DNA of 64,000 bases from Octopus vulgaris (lineage: Eukaryota). Position 1 is the stretch's first letter, and the number at the start of each line of letters is the position of its first letter. Where the stretch lies: positions 6,820,001-6,884,000 of the forward strand of contig OX597843.1 in NCBI GenBank assembly GCA_951406725.2, read 5' to 3'. Made by a program: the position numbers and the translations under genes. Of the stretch, positions 25,425 through 39,604 are shown piece by piece. The notes below the pieces were generated by a model. The model had not been told where the DNA came from, made no database searches, and worked only from the letters and a program-made list of their open reading frames with translations.

Positions 25425-25982
25425 GGCATTTTGTTCCCAACATTAATTCTTGCTTGGAACAGCCGGTTCTTTTGGTTAAACTCTCGTATCTCCAGTCGCT
25501 TCAGATGCCAAGATAGGAACAATTGGCGAAGTGTTGTGCAACGGTTTTGCTTTAAAATGGTGAAACTATTTTTTTCCTTTTCTGGAAAAAAACAATATTT
25601 TGGACTTACGACACTTTTGCATAATAGCAACGATGTATATATATATTGTGGTATTCTGTCGGTTGCGACGAGGAGGGTTCCAGTTGATCCGATCAACGGA
25701 ACAGCCCGCGCGTGAATTTCACGTGCGAGTGGCCGAGCACTCCACGGACACAAGCACCGAATGGGACGAGGCTGACCTCTTTGAAAGACAGGTGCGAGAA
25801 GAAAGAGGAGGAAAGAATGAGAGAAGGTTTCAGCTCATGAGCTGTGGCCATGCTGGGGCACCGCCATGTAAATAAATATGTAAATAAATATATATTTTTA
25901 CAACCATCCGGCATTCTGAACACCTTTTTTCTTTCATATATATATATATATATATTTTAAGCAGCAGAAAATTCAACAAAAG

Positions 25983-26020
25983 CTGTTACTCTGAGTTTCT
26001 CGTTGCCGTTCATCAGACAG
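25983..26020 (-). ncRNA. Type I hammerhead motif with one stem II mismatch
   Basis: Minus strand CTGT-CTGATGA-ACG(GCAA)CGA-GAAA-CT(CAG)AG-TA-ACAG. Confidence 0.7.
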
Positions 26021-26542
26021 TTTTTGCTATATATATATATACATACATGGAAAAAAGAGGTTTTATTTCCGCGCGAGAAAAAGTGTAAAATTTTTCTGAA
26101 AAAACGTGTAGTGGTTTTTTTAATGCCAAACTAGTTTTCACAATTCTTTGCTCATCAATGGTAGAAATATATTAAAAATGCCAGAAAAAAAATTAAAGAC
26201 CATTGGAAGGGAGGGAGGGGGAGCAAACATTGCCTACGCGATGAGTCGCAGCGAGGGAAGAAGCCTCTTTCCGGCAGAAGACTTCGTCCGTCGGCGATCT
26301 GTGAGTTATGATTTCTTTTATTGGTTGAAACTGTTAATTATTTCAAAGTTTTGTTGAGAATTTATTGTTGGAAATTGTTTTTGTGAACTGTTGCTTGTTT
26401 GCAGGATGTTTTGGACGATTTTATTCCTCGGTTTTCCGGGGAAAAGGGTAAGTTTCTGTGGCCGTTTGGCAATTGTTTATTTTCAGATTCACCAACGGAG
26501 AACATTTTGTAATTTAGCTTTTGTAATAAAAATAAAGAAATT

Positions 26543-27070
26543 ATTGTATACAGTGTTCACAACTTGTCTAAAGTGCGTATAAAGCATATTGTAATGTAAT
26601 AATAATGATTAAAGTATTGTATACAGTGCTCAGGTGCCCCACAACTTGTCAAAGGCGCGTATAAAGCATCTGCAGTGATGTAGAAATGTCTGAGAAGTGA
26701 ACAATGTATGAGTCAGATAGATGCTTGTTTGTGTACGGAGAAAATCAGGTGTAGTGTTGGCGAATCTCAGGAAGCATGGAAATTTTCAAGGATGCAGTGC
26801 TCCGGCAGTTTGTTCCATGCTTCGGCAACTCTTAGCGTGAAAAAATGTTTCCTGAAGTCATGGGTGGAGCTGTGCTGTTTTCTGACTTTGTAAACATGTC
26901 CACGGGTGTTAGATGGGTGGAGTTTGAAAAGGTGCTCAGAGTTATTGTTTGTACGATGGTTGATAATTTTATGGGTGTCTGCCAAGTCAGCTGCCAGACA
27001 TCGGAGTTTCAATGTGTCCATGCCCAGGGATGTAAAGGCGTTCAGAATATGGCAAATGCGTGATGGAGGG
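26543..27070 (-). mobile_element. CR1-group LINE 3' fragment, same family as 13207
   Basis: NTRGHVYKVRK..RKHFFTLRVAEAWNKLP; extreme 3' end partly duplicated. Confidence 0.8.
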
Positions 27071-27150
27071 TTGGGATTTGAATAGTTGTTCCTATTTCTA
27101 GGAATTTATTTTTTGAACTGGGGAGAAAAAAGGGGGAAACCTACAATTTT

Positions 27151-27584
27151 CAGATGTTTTCAGTTTGAACGGCAGTTTTTTAAAATAATTTCCACGTAAC
27201 TAAACACTTTTAAACTTCGTATACTGGTAGAATGTGTTTATAAAACATCTTTTTCTCTTGGCTTTATCGAGAAAATTCTATGGTTTGTAAGATATTTGTT
27301 GTTTTTTTTCTTCAATTTCTGCAATTTCAACCAATCAATGACGTCTATTGAGGTGAAAACATTCTGTGCCGTATGAAAATGTCCCTCGTTTAAGAAACAG
27401 ATTGGGTTTATTTACATTTTTGAAGAAAAAAAGATACCCTTCCCCCACCCCTAGTTCTTACCCTAACTAACCCTAACCCTAAAACAGATTGAAATGCAAT
27501 AGATCGATACTAGGGTCATAATTATGGGTGACAATTTCATATGACACTGCTAGAAAAAACTGCCGTTCAAACCGAAAAGATCCC
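27151..27584. mobile_element. MITE with ~30-bp TIRs and internal CCCTAA hexamers
   Basis: TTTTCAGTTTGAACGGCAGTTTTT / AAAAACTGCCGTTCAAACCGAAAA; possible AATTTT target duplication. Confidence 0.75.
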
Positions 27585-27949
27585 AATTTTCTTTTTAAAA
27601 ACAACAACAAACTATTCAGCCGTTATATTTGAGCTACACTCCCCACCCCCCGATAGGGGTGGGATTTGAACTTACATTAATTATAAAAGAAAATTTTTGG
27701 AATTGTGTAGGGAAACTTAGGTTTTTTTTTTTGTGTGTTTCTTACAAATTTATCTCAACCGAAATGTCAGTTGAGATAATTAGAGAAAAATGCTCTCTCG
27801 AAGAGTTTAATGCTTTGAAGGCTAACGAGCCTCCAAAAAAGGTGACCAAAGGCTTCGCAGCAGTCTCTGCCATAAACCAGAAAATCTGGGGACCTCCAGG
27901 AAATGTTCCAAAGAATGACAGGAGTGGAGGGCGAAGTAAAGATGTCGCC

Positions 27950-28562
27950 TGTCAGAGCATTGGGCCTCACAGAGGCAATGACGAAGGACCGAGATCTCTG
28001 GAGATATGCTGTGACTGCAAAGACCCGGGCTGCTTCCTGCACCAGCCCCGCATAGCCCCTGCCCATTCAAAGTACCTTGGATTTCAGAACAACCCGCTGT
28101 GCTTGAGGAGACCTGTTGAGTCAAGTACATTAACATCGAAATAAATATCAATGGAAATAGTAGTTGTGATACCTGTGCCAGTGGGACGTAAAAAACACCA
28201 TCTGAACGTGGCCGATGCCAGCTCCACCTCGACTGACTTCTGTGTCGGTGGCACGTAAAAAGCACCATCCAAATGTGGCCGATGCCAGCTCCGCCTTGAC
28301 TGGCTTCCATGCCCGTGGCACGTTAAAAGCACCAACCGATCGTGGCTGCTGCCAGACTCCCCTGGCACCTGTGCCGGTGGCACGTAAAAAGCACCCACTA
28401 CACTCACGGAGTGGTTGGCATTAGGAAGGGCATCCAGCTGTAGAAACACTGCCAGATCAGACTGGGGCCTGGTGCAGCCTCCTGGCTTCCCAGACCCCGG
28501 TCAAACTATCCAACCCATGCTAGTGCGGAAAATGGACGTTAAACGATGATGATGATGATGAT
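27950..28562 (+). mobile_element. RTE-like LINE 3' end: ORF C-terminus, repeat-containing UTR and (GAT)n tail
   Basis: RALGLTEAMTKDRDLWRYAV (DRxxWR motif), then UTR ending GGACGTTAAAC(GAT)n. Confidence 0.75.
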
Positions 28563-28820
28563 GGCTAACGCAACAGAAGAAATCGAAAACAAAACCATTG
28601 TTTTTGAAACGTTTTGTTCGGAGGAAAAAAATGGTGGCACAACATCTGGATCAGATTGAAATGGAAAGATGTCTTGCTCCAGTCTGGGCTGACATTATTT
28701 ATGTTACAAGAGGAAGAAAATTTGGCAGAGTAAAAGCCAGGTTTAGGACGATAGAGAAGGCCTGCGAGCCCTCTGTCAGCCCGTTAACAACAAAGGAAGT
28801 GGGGCTTCTGCGACATATAA

Positions 28821-29053
28821 GGCGGCGAGCTGGCAGAATCGTTAGCACGCCGGGCGAAATGCTTAGTGGTATTTCGTCTACCGTTACGTTGTGAGTTCAA
28901 ATTCCGCCGAGGTTGACTTTGCCTTTCATCCTTTCGGGGTCGATAAATTAAGTACCAGTTAAGCACTGGGGTCGATATAATCGACTTAATACCTATGTCT
29001 GTCCATGTTTGTCCCCTCTGTGTTTAGCCCCTTGTGGGCAATAAAGAAATAGG
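28821..29053 (+). mobile_element. SINE family C (Nin/Deu-like central domain), full length, with 15-bp TSD
   Basis: GCCTTTCATCCTTTCGGGGTCGATAAATTAAGTACC domain; flanked by CTTCTGCGACAT(A/G)TA at 28805 and 29056. Fragments also at 1-305, 3670-4250, 50090-50300, 54285-54450, 56430-56705 and 62130-62240. Confidence 0.8.
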
Positions 29054-29648
29054 TACTTCTGCGACATGTATGGGGGCAGCACCTGTCCCATGTCAAGGTA
29101 AGAGAACCACCGCCGAAAATAGATGTCTCGTGGGTGATGGTCACCCTGTTATTTAACAGACAGGACAAAATGAACATTTTGCAAGTAACCCCCTCCCTTG
29201 CGCCCAACTGGCTCGGGTAGAGCATCGGGGCCATCATTCAAGCGGCACTGGAAAACTTGGAAAGGGTTCTCGATTGAGTACCCGTGGGTGAAGACGTGGT
29301 TCTGAAAATTCAAATGGAAGGAAAGAAACCCAGATGTTTTAAATGAGGCCGAAAAGGGCACAAAAGGGCCGATTGTGACTCGGAAAATAAGAAAGAAAAG
29401 GCCCAAACAACAGTGGATACACATATACCCGGCCCCTCACAAACCCCAAAAACTGTCCCAAAACCCACACACACCAGCCCCTACACTAGCAAAGACACCC
29501 ACTCCCCCAATCTTTTCAGAGGGGGTGGGGAGAGGGCTTTCGAAGAGAAAGAAATTCATAAATTATTTTTTTGCTTGAGTGTAATGGAAAAAAGTTTGAA
29601 AAAAACTTAGATTCATTTTTTTTTTGAGTAATAGAAAAAGGTTTTTAA

Positions 29649-29868
29649 CCCTTTAGTGTTCAAATTAATATGTCAGAAGTAATCCTTATTCATTTACATT
29701 TTAAAAAATTAACCAGGTATTATCTTGTAGCTTCAAGATTTGAAAGATGTGATTGTTTATTTTTAGAATGACATTGCAGGGTAGGTGTGAGAGGCTGGTT
29801 CTGGCCAGTTTGAGCATAAAATGAGTAGAATATTCGGGCCGGATATAGCCGGTTTAAACGCTAAAGGA
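29649..29868. mobile_element. TTAA-flanked MITE
   Basis: TTAA|CCCTTTAGTGTTCAAA ... TTTAAACGCTAAAGGA|TTAA. Confidence 0.7.
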
Positions 29869-30656
29869 TTAAAAAGATCCCGTGTATCAATGGCGAGGGA
29901 GAAGCATTCATAAATACGGTGATGAATATGGTTTCACTATAGAAAAAAGTTAAAGGCGATTTAGCTGTTGTTTTTAGCATATCTCACGACCGTCTGATAC
30001 ATTCCTTATTTGTTTTATATTTTCAGTTAATATAAGTTCTCTCAGTCACCAATAAGCAACAGCGGAAGTAAAGAATATGCACACCACCCTTTTCTGGAAT
30101 ATCTCTAAACCTAAACTTAACCCTGACGGTAAAACCCTAAACACAGGATGTGCGAATTCTTTACTTTCGCCTTTTATCGGTTCTTCATGTTGTTCACCCA
30201 AAGCTTTCATAAGGAATTTTCTAGTTCTTTTCTCAGACTGTGGCCACGCTGGGGCACCGCCTTGAAGGATTTTAATCGAACAAACTGACACCAGTTCTTT
30301 CTTTTTATTCATGGTACTAAGTTACGTGAAAGTAAACACACCAACACCAGTTATTCAAGCGGTTGTGAAGGACAAACGCAGACACAGAGCCTCAATACAT
30401 ATATACATATATATATATTCAACATGTGATCTCTTTAGCACCACCAGCTCAAATATTTTTTCCTCTGTCTTCCCTTCTTGGGATCTTTCCTTCTCCTTGT
30501 TTCCGACGAAGAGCTTCGCTCGAAACGTTAAACCCTCCTTCCCTTCTTTCCTGAGCGTCAATAATACTTTAATTGTTCCACGTCCTGCGTTGCTGTGTTT
30601 TTTTCTCTTTTTTTTTCTGTGTTTTCTTGTTTGGATTAACTTTATATATATATATA

Positions 30657-31305
30657 CATCATCATCATCGTTTAGCGTCTGCTTTCCATGCTAGCATGGG
30701 TTGGACGGTTCAACTGGGGTTTGGGAAGCCAGGAGTCTGCGCCATGCCCAGTCTGATCTGGCAGTGTTTCTACAGTTGGATGCCCTTCCTAATGCCAACC
30801 ACTCCATGAGTGTAGTGGGTGCTTTTTACGTGCCACCGGCACGGGGGCCAGGCGAGGCTGGCAACGGCCATGATCGGATGGTTCTTTTTACGTGCTGCGC
30901 TGGCAACGGACACGGTCGGGTGGTGCTTTTTATGTGCCACCGGCACGGAGGCCAGTCGGGGCGGCGCTGGCCACGGCCACGATCGGATGATACGGTATGC
31001 TTACGTGTCATCGGCACTGGTATCGCAGCTGCAATTTCCATTGATGTTGATCGACTCCGATTTTGGTTCTGATTTCTGATTTGATTTGATTTGATTTGAT
31101 TTTGATTTCCACTTGCCTCAACGGGTCTTCACAAGTGGAGTTTCGTGTCCCAAGAAGGAAAGGTATGCATAAGTCGACTGGCTACATCCCAGGTAGAGGC
31201 CACGGGTAATGGTCTCACTAGTCCTGCCGGGTTTTCTCACGCGCAGCTTACTTCCATAGGTCTCGGTCTCTAGTCATCTCCTCAGTGAGACCTAAAGTTC
31301 GATGT
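30657..31305 (-). mobile_element. RTE-like LINE 3' end
   Basis: RTLGLTEEMTRDRDLWK on the minus strand, shared UTR and (GAT)n tail. Confidence 0.75.
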
Positions 31306-31324
31306 ATATATATATATATATATA

Positions 31325-34300
31325 TGGCGCAAAGGATTGTCCAGCAAGCTAACCTGGCTGCGCCAAGCACAAAGAAGGAACCTTGCCCACCACTATGCAA
31401 GACCACCACAGTCAACAGACATGGGATGGCGTCCCCTAACACTTGCACAGTCGTCACTCCAATACTTTTAATAAATATTGGGGGCCTGTTGCATCAAAAT
31501 GAAAGCAAAATTTCTTTCCTGAGAGATCTTACTGCATGCAATCAAGCCCTATGCATGGCGCTCGTGGAAACTCACCTCAACCTTGATATAGTGGATGCAG
31601 AAGTACACATACCAAACTATGCCATACTGCGAACAGACAGAAGGGAAAGGAGCCATGGTGGAGTTGCTGTATACATCCGAGATGACCTCACACCCTGTCA
31701 TACTGTCATACTCAAATTCGGTATGTGACACTTTAATTGTATACATAAGACAACATAATATAGTTATATGCAATACATATTGCCCACCGGATGCTCCAAA
31801 CCACATAGGCAAGTTTGAAGATTGCCTCACAAGAATTAAAGAAATCCTAATGAATCTGGAACACCACGTGACCATATTTCTTATGGGTGATTTCAACTTC
31901 CCCAACGTCAAATGGCCCGAAGTTCTCATACTCTCAGGAATGACTCATTGCAAGCAAGCACAGGTGGAGTCCCTGCTCAACTTCACCAATGCCTCATTCA
32001 TGGAGCAAGTTGTACTCAAACCAACTAGGGCGAATAACATTCTGGATCTCTGCTTCATGAGCAATATGGACATCATTCATGATGTGAAAGTGACACCGAC
32101 ATTAGTCTCGGATCACAACATAATAGAGCTGTCTATGTTTGGGCCGAAAGGAACCAGAGACATACAGCCTAAAGGAAGCACCCAAAATCTCTCCAATCTG
32201 AACTTCCACAAAGCAGACTGGAAATCGATCCAAAAAGAGATCCTCAGAGTAGACTGGCCGAAATGTCTCTCCACACCAGACATTGACATGAAACTAGAAT
32301 GTTTCATGTCTTCTGTGCAAGCCATATGCCAGAAATATGTCCCGGGGCACAAGGCCAAAACAAATAGGAGCAAGATTCCAAGAGACAGGAAGATCCTCAT
32401 GAGATTCTTTTTTTTCTTTTTTCTTTTACTTGTTTCAGTCATTTGACTGCGGCCATGCTGGAGCACCACCTTTTAGTTGAGCAAATCGACCCCGGGACTT
32501 ATTCTTTGTAAGCCCAGTTCTTATTCTATCGGTCTCTTTTGCCGAACCGCTAAGTGACGGGGACGTAAACACACCAGCATCGGTTGTCAAGCAATGCTAG
32601 GGGGACAAACACAGACACACAAACACACACACACATATACATATATATACATATATACGACGGGCTTCTTTCAGTTTCCGTCTACCAAATCCACTCACAA
32701 GGCATTGGTCGGCCCGGGGCTATAGCAGAAGACACTTGCCCAAGATACCACACAGTGGGACTGAACCCGGAACCATGTGGTTGGTTAACAAGCTACTTAC
32801 CACACAGCCACTCCTGCGCCTATATGACGGACAAAGGTTGCAAATCATCTCAACCAACATCCCAAAAGCAGAGAAACGTCCCGCCTAAGAACAACACTGA
32901 TGAAGATCGAAAAAAGGCTGCAACAATCCTATGTGAGGGAGAAAGCAGACAAAGAAGCCTGGGTTATAAAAAACATTAAATCAAACCCAAAGGCCTTCTT
33001 TCATTCCGCGAAAAAACAGCCTCAGTACACTACAAGATAGGACCCCTCCTCCAAAAGGATGGCTCCCTCACAGACAGTCCAACTAAGATCAGTGAGATAC
33101 TGACTGACCAGTTCAAAAGTGTCTTTACCACCCCGTTGGAACACAGACAAGTGAACGAACCAGTGGACTTCTTTGCCGCCTCACCTATAACCAGCGAGGT
33201 GGTTACAATAGAATGTATTGACATTAGCGAAAAAGATGTACTACTAGCCATAGATGAAGTGGACACAAACTCAACTACTGGTCCTGATGGCTTCCCAGCA
33301 ATCCTCCTCAAAGCGTGTAAGCATGCTCTGGCAAAACCCCTCAAGATTCTCTTCTAGAGCTTTCTTACAAACGGCAAACTGCCAAGCAAGCTGAAGGAGG
33401 GAATAATATACCCAATACATAAAGGGGGAAGTAGAGCAGATGACAAAAATTATAGGCCTATCTCTCTGACTTCACACATCAACAAAGTCATGGAACGGAT
33501 AGTCATAGGGAAACTAATCGCATTACTTGAAAAAAATAACTTGCTGAGTGATACCCAGCATGGTTTTTGACCAGGTAGGAGCTGCCTGACCCAGCTCTTA
33601 CAACATTATGCCTGGGTGTTGAGGCAGTTACTCAGCAAATCAAATGTGGATGTAATATACCTTGATTTTGCAAAAGCTTTTGACAAGGTGGATCATGGTA
33701 TGATATGCCACAAACTGTGTGACCTCGGCATAGCTGGAAAACTTGGAGTGTGGTTACATGAGTTCCTGAAAGATAGGAGTCAGGCAGTAGTGGTTAATGG
33801 AGCCACCTCTATGAACACACAAATAGTGAGTGGTGTTCCACAGGGCACTGTCTTGGGACCACTCAGATATGCCCTCAAATGCCCTGATAGCCACTCTAGC
33901 AAGCTATGCAGATAATACGAAAGTCTCACAGAAAATACAGAACCCCAGCAAACCTCAATTTACAGAGGGGCTGAGGATAATAATATGCAGTTTAATGCTG
34001 AAAAATTCCAGGCCCTGCGCTACCAGCATCCAAAACTGAATATTAAACCTACAGGGTACACTGATCCACAAGTAATTTCAATCCCAGAGCCTAAGTCAGT
34101 GAGGGACCTGGGTATCGACATGAGTGATGATACCGCTTTCCAAGTGCACATTACCAGGATGGCGACAAAGTGCTGACGACCGGCTGGATGGATCCTAAGA
34201 ACATTCAGAACCAGAGATAAGTAAACTATGATGGTTCTCTGGCGGACATTCATCCTCAACCGCCTGGATTACTGCTCACAGCTATGGTCACCCACCAGTG

Positions 34301-34862
34301 TGAGATTGACAGCGGACCTTGAAGCAATCCAGAGAAGATTCACAAAGAAGATTGTCTCTTTGCAACAGCTCAGCTACTGGGAAAGGTTGAAACAGCTAAG
34401 ACTCCACTGACGGGAGAGAAGACAGGACAGGTATGCAATAATATATGACTGGAAGATCCTAGAAGGAATTGTGCCAAATTTTGGCATTGTAAGCTACACC
34501 AATGCTAGAACGGGACGACACTGTGTCGTGCCAAAGATCCCAGCAATGCCATCACGCTTCAGGACCAGCTTCTGCAACAGCCTGAGTTTCAAGGGCCCAC
34601 AGCTTTTTAATATTCTCCCAAAGAGTCTGAGGAACTTGCACAAAGTAGATGTAGCGATTTTTAAATCAAAGCTGGACCTCTTCCTGTCGAGAGTCCCAGA
34701 TGAACCTATCTCACGACAAGAGGTGCAAATGAGAGTAGCTATATCAAACTCCATTCTTCACCAAGTGCCACATATTAGACGAGGTTCTTCTCAATAACAG
34801 TGTAGCACAAAACGGCGGTGCATCAGCATGGCTGAAGCTCTGGGCTGAAACTTAAAAGAAAA
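31325..34862 (+). pseudogene. Decayed CR1-group LINE ORF2 (AP endonuclease + reverse transcriptase), interrupted by a SINE
   Basis: APE motifs ETHL, GGVAVY, GDFNFP, ILDL, SDH; RT motifs GPDG, YLDFAKAFDKVDH, SGVPQGTVLGP, YADNTK, LDYCSQLWSP; many stops and frameshifts. Confidence 0.92.
32407..32820 (-). mobile_element. SINE family A, full length, nested in the LINE
   Basis: Interrupts the LINE frame between KILMR and RTKVANHL. Confidence 0.88.
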
Positions 34863-36690
<1,828 letters not shown>

Positions 36691-36699
36691 AGAGAGAGA

Positions 36700-37330
36700 T
36701 CTTCTATAATAAAAACTATTGAGTTTCTTAACTCTTTGGATCTTCCTGGAATTCCTTCTCACAGACTGACATTGAAGAAAGGAATTCCAGTGATGCTATT
36801 GAAAAACCTGGATCCTCCAAAGCTGTGTGATGGAACCAGACTGATGGAACCAGGCAACTGCATCTGCATCTTCTGGATGCAACAATCTTCACTGGACAAG
36901 GAAAAGGAGAAAATGTGTTTATTCCAAGACATGTCCAGCAGACATGTCCTTTCGGTTCAAGACACGTCGATTTCCAGTAAGAGTTAGTTTTGCAGTGTGA
37001 ATTAACCCCGTACCCAACAATTATTTTGAAAATAAATGTATTTTTACAGACCTATTTTTTAATTGTTTTATTTTACTATGTTTTGAATGGTGATTTCGAG
37101 GTATATTTCAAACCTTATTTATTATGAATTTTAATTCAATAATATTGATTTTAAATTACCGCTTTGGGCAGAAACGAGTTAACCCGTTTTTAGACGAAGG
37201 AACTCGTTTGCTGTCGATTTTGGCGAGTCTATCTTTTGACGAGTTAACTCGCCAGAGATAGAAAAAAACGATTTCGGTCAAAACGCATATATTCGTTTCT
37301 GCCGGGTAAGGGGTTAACAAGAGTCAAGGA
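36700..37330 (+). pseudogene. Helitron PIF1-like helicase fragment
   Basis: EFLNSLDLPGIPSHRLTLKKGIPVMLLKNLDPPKLCDGTRL ... FPVRVSFAV*INKSQG once the MITE is removed. Confidence 0.85.
37006..37313. mobile_element. piggyBac-type MITE inserted at TTAA within the helicase fragment
   Basis: TTAA|CCCCGTACCC ... GGGTAAGGGG|TTAA. Confidence 0.8.
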
Positions 37331-37489
37331 CGTAAACCTACTGGATTAGGGTGAATCCAACATCATTATTAGTAATTAACTCAAAATAACTTTTTGAAAT
37401 AATTATTTTTGCGAAATGTGTGATAAAGAGTTATTTCCCTTGTATTATTATTATTACGCAGTGAAGAGTTATTTCCCTTTGACTATAAG

Positions 37490-37785
37490 TCGTTGTTTGT
37501 TCCTTCTCGAGCCATTCCTGGCTCATAAGGCCCGGTTTCCTTGGCGTATAGGTTCCCCTCTTGGACGAGACACCGGTCCGTCGCAGGTGAGCTGCAAGAT
37601 GCAGGAGGAAAGAGTGAGAGAAAGTTGTGGTGAAAGAGTCAGCAGAAGCTCGCCATTACCTTCTGCCGGAGCCGCGTGGAGCTTAGGTGTTTCGCTCATA
37701 AACACACACATCGCCCGGTCTGAGATTCGAACCCGCGATCCCTCGACCGCGAGTCCGCTGCCCTAACCACTAGGTTGTGTGTCTC
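37490..37785 (-). mobile_element. tRNA-derived SINE family B
   Basis: tRNA-like head (..AGTGGTTAGGGCAGCGGACTCGCGGTCGAGGGATCGCGGGTTCGAATC); similar copy at 58672-58980, related heads at 45882 and 62018. Confidence 0.75.
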
Positions 37786-38586
37786 TGCTTGACTTCTACG
37801 ATAGCCTCGGGCCGACCAAAGCCTTGTGAGTAGATTTGGTAGATGGAAACTGGAAGAAGCCCATCGTATGTACATATATATATATGTTTGTGTGTGTGTG
37901 TTTGTCCCCCCAACATCGCTTGACAACCGATGCTGGTGTGTTTACGTCCCTGTAACTTAGCGGTTCTGCAAAAATAGAGACCGATAGAATAAGTACTAGG
38001 CTTACAAAGAATAAGTCGATTTGCTCGACTAAAGGCGGTGCTCCAGCATGGCCACAGTCAAATGACTTGAAACAAGTAAAAGAGTAAAAGAATATATATA
38101 TTTATATATAGTACGGGCTTCTTTCGGTTTCCGTCTACGAAATACACTCACAAGACTTTGGTCGGCCCATAGTAGAAGGCATTTAGCGAAGGTGTCACGC
38201 AGTGGGACAGAACCCGGAATCATGTAGTTGGTAAGCAAGCTACTTACCACACAGCCATGCGTGTGTGTGTTTTTAATAACGTTTTTGAATTTCTTTACAC
38301 AATCGACGAGGAATTAATATCAGTTCGGGGGAGGACGGAAAGCACACAAACGGTGTGAGGTCACCGTAAACAAAGCAGTACAGGGCGACCTCTACGGTCA
38401 GGACTGTGTGTGTGTGTTTGTGGTTTAGGAGGTGTATATGTGTGTCGGTGTGTGTGTGTTTGTGGTCGAGGTGGTGGTGTGTGTGTTTGTGTGTGTCTGC
38501 ATTTGTGGTCGAGGTGGTGTGTGCCTGTGCGTGTATATGTGCATGTGTGCGTGCTTGTGTGTGAATGTGTGTGTGTGTGCGTGTGT

Positions 38587-38629
<43 letters not shown>

Positions 38630-39509
38630 GTTTGGTCGAGGTAGGCGCGTGCAGGGGTCGGACTAATCCAACGGGTTTCGCAGGTGGGAAGGGAGGGTGA
38701 AGTAGGGGTGGCGTGGGGTGCAACACAAAAGGAAAACAAGCGTGGGGCACGGGGTGGTGGGGGTGGGAGGTGTTGATGATGAGGCGGACGGGTGGGTCGC
38801 GGTGGGAGAGACTAACGGCAACAACAACCATAAAAGACAAAGGCAGCAATGCCATCCGCCACCATCGCTGCCAACACCACCATCGTCGTCATTGTCATCA
38901 CCATCAACACCGCTACCACCCCTACCACCACCACCACTACCATCATCAACATTATTGGCGTCATCACTATCATCATCACTACCTCAACCACCACTACCAC
39001 CACCTCAACTGCAACCTCAACCGCCACCACCATCACGACAACCATCACCACCACCAATACCACCACCACCACCACCTCAACTGCAACCTCAACCGCCACC
39101 ATCACCACTACCAACAACAACATCACCAGCTCCCAAAAGTAACAAGGAAAGGCTCTATGTGGTCGCTAGACCGACCAGAAATAGCAACCAAATTTTCCTC
39201 AAAATAAACAAGAAGAAGAAGAAGAGGAGGAGGAGAAGGAAGAGGATGTGTAAAGGCGACGAAATGTCACGTTCTGAAGTGTTGATTTGCACTCGATACA
39301 ATATTAGCGAAAACATGGCATGCAGAGGGGTGGGCATGGGTGGATGCGGGGAGTGAATACACACTCACAAACATAGACATACATAAGTATATATATATAT
39401 ATTCACGTACAGAGGTATATACATACACATGTATACATGCACACACATGCACACATATGTACATGTACGTGAATAATACACACATATATACAGTTACACA
39501 CACACACCA

Positions 39510-39604
<95 letters not shown>

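Noticed and set aside
28561-29420. Broken reading frame split by the SINE at 28821, possibly a retroelement ORF1
   Set aside because: No diagnostic motif recognised; cannot be classified without a profile search.
38713-39356. Pro/His/Thr-rich ORFs
   Set aside because: (CAC/CAT)n degenerate repeat open in several frames, with no domain or convincing splice context.
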